The notes beneath the pieces are model-generated. The model ran no database searches. It was given only the letters and a program-made list of their open reading frames with translations, and had not been told where the DNA came from. From IMG/VR virus record IMGVR_UViG_3300006131_000005: DNA of 22,056 bases, one strand, 5' to 3'. A program made the position numbers and the translations under genes. Below, piece by piece: positions 1 to 6,242 of the stretch. Within the stretch, counting starts at the first letter, position 1. Each line of letters opens with the position of its first letter. Source of the DNA: a virus. Its lineage: Duplodnaviria > Heunggongvirae > Uroviricota > Caudoviricetes.

Positions 1-48
1 CCTTGAAAATTCTCCGGGGGATATTTTTGGAAAACGGTTCCTGTTCCC

Positions 49-182
49 AGGGCAGTATTTGAACAAGCCTGCAAGGTTGGCATTGGCTGCTGGGTCTTTA
101 TTGGCTGCGCTTCGGCGTATATGCCTCTCCTTTCAGCTTAGCGGCAGTTGTCACTTATGCGGGCTTCTTCAAATACTGCCCT
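49..182 (+). ncRNA. Candidate structured non-coding element (long closing stem with nested hairpins) upstream of the late operon
   Basis: 49-73 AGGGCAGTATTTGAACAAGCCTGCA pairs with 158-182 TGCGGGCTTCTTCAAATACTGCCCT (25 bp, one G-U, one C-C mismatch). Inside: GGCAT 79-83 with ATGCC 121-125, and a GCGC-TTCG-GCGT hairpin at 107-118 (C(UUCG)G tetraloop). No ORF here. Family and strand of expression are unknown. Confidence 0.5.
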
Positions 183-264
183 AAAACTATGTCAAAACAT
201 ATTTCAATCTTCTGTTGAATCGGCCAGAACCAATGCACATCTCAGCGAGAGGAGGCGATAAGGG

Positions 265-603
265 ATGAAGAAGGCCGGGGCCTCTGGCCCAACCACAGAA
301 AGGAAGATCCGGCCGGCTCTGACTCCCGAGGCCAGAGAGAAGCAACTGGTTGCTCTGGCTGTCGACCTCGTTGAGAAGCGCCTCCGGGAAGGAACGGCGT
401 CATCTCAGGAGGTGACTCAGATTCTTAAACTCGGAAGCGCGAGGGCGAGTCTGGAGAAGGAGATGCTTCGTCATCAGGTGGAGCTTGTGAAGGCGAAGAC
501 GGAGTCGCTTCAATCGGCCAAGCGTGTGGAGGAGCTTTATGCGAATGCGCTCAAGGCCATGCGGAGTTACAGCGGACAAGGAGACGACGATGGGGAGTAT
601 TAG
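265..603 (+). CDS. Putative terminase small subunit (112 aa, helical)
   Basis: RBS GAGGAGG upstream; first gene of the packaging module, ahead of HNH and terL; size and helical, charged composition fit TerS. No diagnostic motif, so the call is positional. Confidence 0.55.
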   Translation: MKKAGASGPTTERKIRPALTPEAREKQLVALAVDLVEKRLREGTASSQEVTQILKLGSARASLEKEMLRHQVELVKAKTESLQSAKRVEELYANALKAMRSYSGQGDDDGEY

Positions 604-1009
604 ATGCTATTCGGAACTTGTCCTCCTGCCTACCTTTGAAGAGCGCTATGAGTATCTTCGACTTGGTGGAGGAGTCGGTAAGGAGACTTTCGGCTTCGAC
701 CGGTACATGAATCAGTTCTTCTATCGGTCTCCGGAATGGAAGCGGGTTCGGAATTTGGTCATCGCCCGCGACAACGGCTGTGACCTTGGATTGATCGGAC
801 ATGAGATTTTTGGCCGTGTCCTGATTCATCACATGAATCCTATCCGTCCGGAAGATATTCGTTCCAGAAGCGATCTTTTGCTGAACCCGGAGTATCTTAT
901 CACCACAATTCACGAGACCCATCAGGCAATTCACTATGGAGATGAAACACTTCTGCTTCGTGCTCCGATCCCCCGGGCAAGGAATGACACCTGCCCTTGG
1001 AAAATGTAG
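590..1009 (+). CDS. HNH endonuclease (packaging-associated, HK97 gp74-like position)
   Basis: Likely start ATG 590 after AAGGAG (ORF track extends to 524). Motifs RDNGCDLG...IHHMNPI...LITTIHETHQAIH match a beta-beta-alpha-metal HNH fold. Overlaps the previous gene by 14 nt. Confidence 0.85.
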   Translation: MGSIRCYSELVLLPTFEERYEYLRLGGGVGKETFGFDRYMNQFFYRSPEWKRVRNLVIARDNGCDLGLIGHEIFGRVLIHHMNPIRPEDIRSRSDLLLNPEYLITTIHETHQAIHYGDETLLLRAPIPRARNDTCPWKM

Positions 1010-1041
1010 AAAAGAGGGGCGATGTTGCCGCCCTTCTTTTC
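1009..1041. terminator. Hairpin immediately after the HNH stop, possible (bidirectional) terminator
   Basis: GAAAAGAGGGGCG-ATGTTGC-CGCCCTTCTTTTC: 13-bp stem with one G-U; A-run and T-run form part of the stem. Confidence 0.45.
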
Positions 1042-1055
1042 CGGCTTACGCCGTA

Positions 1056-1149
1056 GCGGATGCTCGTTTCGTACTGTTTACCACTTTTCGCAGGGGTGAA
1101 ATTTTCGTATGGTTCGGAGACAGTATCGGGCGGGCATCCGCGATTTTTA
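1056..1149 (+). other. Long imperfect intergenic stem-loop followed by a T-run
   Basis: GCGGATGCTCG 1056-1066 pairs with CGGGCATCCGC 1131-1141; GTACTGTT 1071-1078 pairs with GACAGTAT 1119-1126; followed by GATTTTTAT. Confidence 0.45.
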
Positions 1150-1190
1150 TAGCACACCACTTATCACGAGACAAGGAGGGACTACTGAAT

Positions 1191-1502
1191 ATGCAAAACA
1201 ATTCCCCGAAGCGCGAGCGGGAAAACGATCCGCGTGACCATGGAGTTATGACTGGGCAGACAGGCAAAGCGCCTCCTGCGGAGCAGCCCAAGGCGGTCGA
1301 GCTCATAGGCGTCGTCACCGACTGCACCAGGCTCAATGTTCGGGCGGAGGCCGATCCCAATGCGAGAGTGATCGACGTCATCCCAGCGCTGACTGAGATC
1401 GTCATTGACGCTGGCGCTTCCACCGATGAATTCTACAGGGTTCACACTGCCGAGGGCATTGAGGGTTTCTGTATGAAGAAGTACATCGCGGTTCGGAAGT
1501 GA
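1191..1502 (+). CDS. Small protein with a C-terminal SH3b-like domain
   Basis: ATG 1191 after AAGGAGGG (ORF track extends to 936). GVVTDCTRLNVRAEAD...VIDVIP...FYRVHTAEGIEGFCMKKYI resembles the bacterial SH3 pattern LNVR...W/F..V....GY/F. The N-terminal third is low complexity. Confidence 0.6.
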   Translation: MQNNSPKRERENDPRDHGVMTGQTGKAPPAEQPKAVELIGVVTDCTRLNVRAEADPNARVIDVIPALTEIVIDAGASTDEFYRVHTAEGIEGFCMKKYIAVRK

Positions 1503-1512
1503 GGGATGCGCC

Positions 1513-1866
1513 ATGGATAACACGGAGAGCATCCTGACTTCTATCAAGAAGCTCTTGGGCATCGACGCCGGGTACACCCACTTCGACCCCGATCTCATCA
1601 TGCACATCAATTCCGTGTTCTCGATCCTGACTCAGATGGGCGTTGGCCCTCGCGGAGGTTTCTCTATTATGGGAGCCGGTGAGGAATGGCCGTCGTTCAT
1701 CACGGACAAAAGCTGTCTCCCTCTGGTAAAGTCTTATGTCCATCAAAAGGTTCGGCTCATGTTTGACCCGCCTCTTAGTACCGCCGCCATCGAGTCCATC
1801 AACCAGCAGATCAAGGAGTTTGAGTTTCGGCTGTTTGTCGCGGCAGATACGCCCAATGCCGGCTGA
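1513..1866 (+). CDS. Putative head-tail adaptor/connector (gp15/gp6-like)
   Basis: 117 aa, SILTSIKKLLGI...FDPDLIMHINSVFSIL...VRLMFDPP; helical connector-like pattern recalled from related phages. No other adaptor candidate follows the capsid gene. Confidence 0.55.
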   Translation: MDNTESILTSIKKLLGIDAGYTHFDPDLIMHINSVFSILTQMGVGPRGGFSIMGAGEEWPSFITDKSCLPLVKSYVHQKVRLMFDPPLSTAAIESINQQIKEFEFRLFVAADTPNAG

Positions 1867-1882
1867 AAGGATGTGTGTTGAT

Positions 1883-2206
1883 ATGGATACCAATTCGCTT
1901 GCCCACTACGGAATTCTCGGTATGAAGTGGGGCGTTCGACGGACACCGGAGCAGTTGGAGCGTGCCTCCATCAAGGCTCCTGGTAAGGAGCTGTCCGAAC
2001 TCAGCGACGCGGAAGTTCAGGCGCGTATCGACCGGATCAATCTGGAGCGGCGGTACAAAGACCTGACCAAGCCGGAGGCGCAGAAGAAATCCGCGCGGGG
2101 CAGGGAGTTCTGCGAAGACCTTTTGAAGGACATCGGCGGCAATGTGGTCAAAAATCTCGGCAAGCAGGTTTTGGACTACTACGAACAACAAGAGAGAGGA
2201 GGATGA
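1883..2206 (+). CDS. Small basic protein with HYGILGMKWGVRR leader (copy 1)
   Basis: ATG 1883 after AAAGGA (alternative ATG 1871; ORF track extends to 1736). Clear paralog of 2213..2674. Confidence 0.75.
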   Translation: MDTNSLAHYGILGMKWGVRRTPEQLERASIKAPGKELSELSDAEVQARIDRINLERRYKDLTKPEAQKKSARGREFCEDLLKDIGGNVVKNLGKQVLDYYEQQERGG

Positions 2207-2212
2207 TTCAAA

Positions 2213-2674
2213 ATGAGCGACATCGCTATCGCGCATCACGGTATCAAAGGGATGAAGTGGGGAATCCGCAGAACGCCCGAACAGCTTGCAAGAGCCTCTG
2301 GTCGCCCTGTTCCGGAATCCGGTGAAAGCCGATCCGGGCGCACTGCTCAGAAGAAGGCCGCTTCGGCGACCGCCAGCAAGAGGACGCTCAGCGACCTTTC
2401 CGATGATGAGCTTCGGCAGCGCATTAGCCGTCTGGAGCTTGAGAAGCGCTATAAGGACTTGGAAAAGGCCGACGCCAAACCGAAGTCCACCCGAGGAAGG
2501 GACTTCTGCGTCAACGTGTTGGAAACCATTGGCAAAAACACGCTGACCAACATCGGCACCCAGGCAGCCAACCATGTCCTTGGTGAAGCCATCAACAAAT
2601 TGGCCGGCGTCTCCTCGGATGACAAGGCCCATCGCGTTGTGAACCCGCAAAAGGGCCAGGAAGACAAGAAGTAG
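2213..2674 (+). CDS. Small basic protein with HHGIKGMKWGIRR leader (copy 2)
   Basis: Strong RBS GAGGAGG. Shares RTPEQL.RAS, LS.LSD.E...RI.R..LE.RYKDL.K and RGR.FC...L..IG.N with copy 1. Confidence 0.8.
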   Translation: MSDIAIAHHGIKGMKWGIRRTPEQLARASGRPVPESGESRSGRTAQKKAASATASKRTLSDLSDDELRQRISRLELEKRYKDLEKADAKPKSTRGRDFCVNVLETIGKNTLTNIGTQAANHVLGEAINKLAGVSSDDKAHRVVNPQKGQEDKK

Positions 2675-2684
2675 GTGTCCGCGC

Positions 2685-4430
2685 ATGTCTTTATCAAACA
2701 CCGCTGTTCCTAAATATTACGGCGCGTTTCGTGAGGCGGTTCTGCGCGGGGAAATCTTTGTCAACAAGGAAATATCCATGGAGATGAACCGGATCGACGC
2801 ACTGATTGCCGACCGAAGTTTCTACTATGACGATCAGGCTGTCGAAGGGTGGGTCAGATACTGTGAGTCCGAGCTTACCCTGACCGACGGCTCTGATCTC
2901 AACCTCTTGGACACTTTTAAGTTGTGGGGGGAACAAATTTTCGGTTGGTATTACTTCGTGGACCGGAGCGTCTATGAGCCTTATCCCGATGGTCATGGCG
3001 GACGGTATGTACGAAAGACCATCAAGAAGCGGTTGGTCAACAAGCAGTATCTAATCGTTGCCAGAGGCGCGGCCAAGTCGATGTATGCGTCCACGCTGCA
3101 AAGCTACTTCTTGAATGTGGACACCAGCACCACCCACCAGATCACTACAGCCCCGACCATGAAACAGGCGGAGGAGGTTCTTTCACCGATTCGCACCTCC
3201 ATTGTCCGCTCCCGCGGGCCGCTGTTCCAGTTCCTGACGGAGGGCTCCTTGCAGAACACCACCGGCTCCAAGGCAAACCGCATGAAGCTGGCCTCCACCA
3301 AGAAGGGCATTGAGAACTTCCTGACGGGGTCTCTGCTGGAGATTCGTCCCATGAGTATTGCCAAGCTCCAGGGGCTCCAGGTTAAGATCGCGACTGTGGA
3401 CGAGTGGCTCTCCGGCGACATCCGGGAGGATGTTATCGGTGCCATCGAGCAGGGCGCTTCCAAGGTGGATGACTACATCATTGTTGCCATCAGTTCGGAG
3501 GGCACCGTTCGGAACGGAGCTGGCGACACCATCAAAATGGAGCTCATGAAGATCCTGAAGGGTGAGTACATCGCGCCCCATACCTCTGTTTGGTGGTACA
3601 AGCTGGACTCTGTTGACGAGGTCGCAGACCCCGAGATGTGGATCAAGGCCAACCCGAACCTGGGTAAGACCGTCAGCTATGACACTTATCAGAAGGATGT
3701 GGAGCGGGCCGAGCAGGCCCCCGCCGCCCGGAACGATATTCTGGCGAAACGGTTCGGCCTCCCTATGGAGGGGTATACCTACTACTTCACCTATGAGGAA
3801 ACCCTGCCTCATCGCCGCCGAGACTTCTGGCAAATGCCCTGCGCCCTCGGCGCGGACCTGTCTCAGGGCGACGATTTCTGCGCGTTTACATTCCTATTCC
3901 CTCTACGCGGAGGCGCGTTCGGGGTAAAGACCCGAAATTATATTTCCTCGCTCACCTTGAAGAAGCTGCCTGCGGCCATGCGGATCAAGTACGATCAGTT
4001 TATGGCTGAGGGCAGTCTTATGGTTTTGGAAGGAACTGTCTTAGACCTGATGCAGGTCTATGAGGATCTGGACGATCACATTGTCCGATGCGGCTATGAC
4101 GTCCGGTGCCTCGGTTATGACCCCTACAACGCAAAAGAGTTTGTAGAGAGGTGGCAGTCGGAAAACGGACCTTTCGGAATTGAGAAAGTCATTCAGGGCG
4201 CAAAAACGGAATCCGTTCCCTTGGGTGAGCTGAAAAAGCTCTCAGAGGAGCGGATGCTTTTATTTGACGAGGAATTGATGACCTTTGCCATGGGAAACTG
4301 CATCGCAAGCGAAGACACCAATGGAAACCGGAAGCTGCTGAAGATGCGGCGTGAGCAGAAGATTGACGCCGTTGCGGCGATGATGGATGCTTACATCGCC
4401 TATAAGCACAACCGGGAAGCTTTTGAGTAA
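2685..4430 (+). CDS. terL: Terminase large subunit
   Basis: 581 aa; Walker A-like VARGAAKS, Walker B IATVDEW, RNase H-like nuclease motifs LGADLSQGDD and KIDAVAAMMDA; located upstream of the portal. Confidence 0.95.
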   Translation: MSLSNTAVPKYYGAFREAVLRGEIFVNKEISMEMNRIDALIADRSFYYDDQAVEGWVRYCESELTLTDGSDLNLLDTFKLWGEQIFGWYYFVDRSVYEPYPDGHGGRYVRKTIKKRLVNKQYLIVARGAAKSMYASTLQSYFLNVDTSTTHQITTAPTMKQAEEVLSPIRTSIVRSRGPLFQFLTEGSLQNTTGSKANRMKLASTKKGIENFLTGSLLEIRPMSIAKLQGLQVKIATVDEWLSGDIREDVIGAIEQGASKVDDYIIVAISSEGTVRNGAGDTIKMELMKILKGEYIAPHTSVWWYKLDSVDEVADPEMWIKANPNLGKTVSYDTYQKDVERAEQAPAARNDILAKRFGLPMEGYTYYFTYEETLPHRRRDFWQMPCALGADLSQGDDFCAFTFLFPLRGGAFGVKTRNYISSLTLKKLPAAMRIKYDQFMAEGSLMVLEGTVLDLMQVYEDLDDHIVRCGYDVRCLGYDPYNAKEFVERWQSENGPFGIEKVIQGAKTESVPLGELKKLSEERMLLFDEELMTFAMGNCIASEDTNGNRKLLKMRREQKIDAVAAMMDAYIAYKHNREAFE

Positions 4431-4443
4431 AGGAGGACAGTTC

Positions 4444-4947
4444 ATGGAGCAAGAACTCGCCCATTTCGGCATCAAGGGTATGCACTGGGGCGTCCGCAGG
4501 TTTCAGCAGCCTGACGGTACCCTTACCTCCGCCGGGAAGAAGCGGTACTCCGCCGACCGGAAGACGAAGCTGACGGAGAGCGTTGAGGCCAAGAAGGCCC
4601 ACGTTGACGCCATGCGGAAACAGGCCGGCGAGCGTATCCAATTCTATGGCGGAAAGAACGTTGCCACCAATGCTATCCAGCAAGAGGCCGCTTACAAGAA
4701 GAAGTCCACCACCGCCAAGACGGTCACGGTGGGCACGGTCATCGCTACCGGCGCGGCCTATGCTGCGGCAGCCGCCACACAGTCCCTTCCAGTTGTCGGC
4801 CTCTCTACAGCGGTCGTCGCGGCAGGAACCGCTTTCGTAACGTCGAGGAAGAACCAGAAAATTTCCGCAATCGCGGACGAGCAGATCGCCTACACCAAGG
4901 ACAGTGACTACGGCCCCGACGTTGTTGTGCGAAAGTCTCGGGACTGA
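4444..4947 (+). CDS. Third leader-bearing protein (HFGIKGMHWGVRR) with a hydrophobic C-terminal segment
   Basis: ATG 4444 after AAGGAGG (ORF track extends to 4387). Same leader as 1883 and 2213 but an unrelated body; Ala/Val/Gly/Thr-rich stretch TVTVGTVIATGAAYAAAAA...VVGLSTAVVAAGTAFV. Confidence 0.8.
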   Translation: MEQELAHFGIKGMHWGVRRFQQPDGTLTSAGKKRYSADRKTKLTESVEAKKAHVDAMRKQAGERIQFYGGKNVATNAIQQEAAYKKKSTTAKTVTVGTVIATGAAYAAAAATQSLPVVGLSTAVVAAGTAFVTSRKNQKISAIADEQIAYTKDSDYGPDVVVRKSRD

Positions 4948-4967
4948 GATAAGGAGGGAAGGAGCGC

Positions 4968-6242
4968 GTGGAAATCACCCTTGGCTCGCGATTGAAGCAC
5001 GCGTGGAACGCGTTCCTCAGCAGAGAGCCCACAAGCAGCTACTACCAGGGTCTCGGAAGAGGCTACTCCTATCGTCCTGACCGGCCCCGGCTGACCCGTG
5101 GAAACGAACGTTCCATCGTCACGTCGGTACTCAATCGAATCGCGTTGGATGCGGCGGCTATTAACATTCAGCATGTGAAGCTGGATGACAATGGCCGCTT
5201 TGTTTCTACTGTTGACAGCGGTCTGAACAACTGTCTGACTGTGGAGGCCAATATTGACCAGACGGCCAGAGCCTTCGTCCATGACGTGGTCATGTCCATG
5301 ATGGACGAGGGCTGCGTTGCTATTGTTCCGGTGGATACGACCTTGAACCCGAAAGTAACCGGGGCCTATGACATCGTGACCATGCGAGCCGGACAAGTCG
5401 TCGAGTGGTATCCGGCTCATGTGAAGGTCCGGGTCTACAATGACCAGCGCGGCGAAAAGGAAGATATTTTACTTCCCAAAAGCGTGGTTGGAATCGTGGA
5501 AAATCCGCTTTATGCGGTGATGAACGAACCCAACTCCACCCTACAGCGCCTGATCAGAAAACTTAATCTGTTGGACGCTGTCGACGAGCAGGCCGGTTCC
5601 GGCAAGCTCGACCTTATTATTCAGCTTCCCTACGTCATCAAGACGGAGGCGAGACGCGCCCAGGCGGAAAAGCGCCGCAAGGACATTGAGGAACAGTTGT
5701 CCGGTTCCAAGTACGGTATCGCTTATACCGATGGTACGGAGCATATCGTGCAGCTGAATCGTGCCGTTGAGAACAATCTGATGACCCAGATCGAGTATCT
5801 GACGAGTATGCTTTACAGCCAGTTAGGGATCACGAAAGGGGTTATGGACGGTTCTGCCGACGAGCAGACGATGCTGAACTACTACAACCGGACGATCGAG
5901 CCCATTCTCTCCGCCATCGTTGACGAGATGAAGCGCAAGTTCCTGACAAAAACTGCTCGGTCGCAGTTGCAGTCGATCTCGTTCTTCCGAGATCCCTTCA
6001 AACTCGTTCCGGCCGCCCAGCTTGCCGAAATCGCGGACAAGCTTACCCGAAATGAGGTCATGTCGTCCAATGAGATCCGGCAGGTCATCGGGTTGAAGCC
6101 GTCTAAGGACCCGAAGGCGGATGAGCTTCGCAACAAGAACCTCAGCGAGCCAACGGCAAAGGGAAAGGGCGCCGAAACCAAGCCCGAACAGACCATCACC
6201 ACATCGAAGGAGGAAAACAATCAAAATGAAGCATCCGTGTGA
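4968..6242 (+). CDS. Portal protein (HK97-family)
   Basis: 424 aa, GTG start after AAGGAGG/AAGGAG; between terL and protease; IVTSVLNRIALD, YYNRTIEPIL and MSSNEIRQVIGL are typical HK97-portal-like segments. Confidence 0.9.
   Translation: MEITLGSRLKHAWNAFLSREPTSSYYQGLGRGYSYRPDRPRLTRGNERSIVTSVLNRIALDAAAINIQHVKLDDNGRFVSTVDSGLNNCLTVEANIDQTARAFVHDVVMSMMDEGCVAIVPVDTTLNPKVTGAYDIVTMRAGQVVEWYPAHVKVRVYNDQRGEKEDILLPKSVVGIVENPLYAVMNEPNSTLQRLIRKLNLLDAVDEQAGSGKLDLIIQLPYVIKTEARRAQAEKRRKDIEEQLSGSKYGIAYTDGTEHIVQLNRAVENNLMTQIEYLTSMLYSQLGITKGVMDGSADEQTMLNYYNRTIEPILSAIVDEMKRKFLTKTARSQLQSISFFRDPFKLVPAAQLAEIADKLTRNEVMSSNEIRQVIGLKPSKDPKADELRNKNLSEPTAKGKGAETKPEQTITTSKEENNQNEASV

Noticed and set aside
74-135. Minus-strand small peptide (type I toxin-like) behind the TGAAAGGAGAG SD inside the 5' hairpin
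   Set aside because: No ATG, GTG or TTG within usable distance of the SD, and no hydrophobic mini-ORF.
1-264. Sigma-70-type late promoter (TTGAAA at 3-8, TTGAAT at 214-219)
   Set aside because: No acceptable -10 hexamer at 16-18 nt spacing from either candidate -35.
936-1190. Upstream extensions of ORFs 524, 936, 1736, 4387, 6121 and 20484
   Set aside because: Each has a better downstream start with a clear SD (590, 1191, 1883, 4444, 6226, 20523); the extensions overlap other genes or structured non-coding DNA.
1811-2701. 296-aa minus-strand ORF and other long antisense ORFs (8459..9139, 10886..12112, 14872..15843, 16007..16933)
   Set aside because: All fully overlap well-supported plus-strand structural genes, lack RBSs and show no protein motifs.
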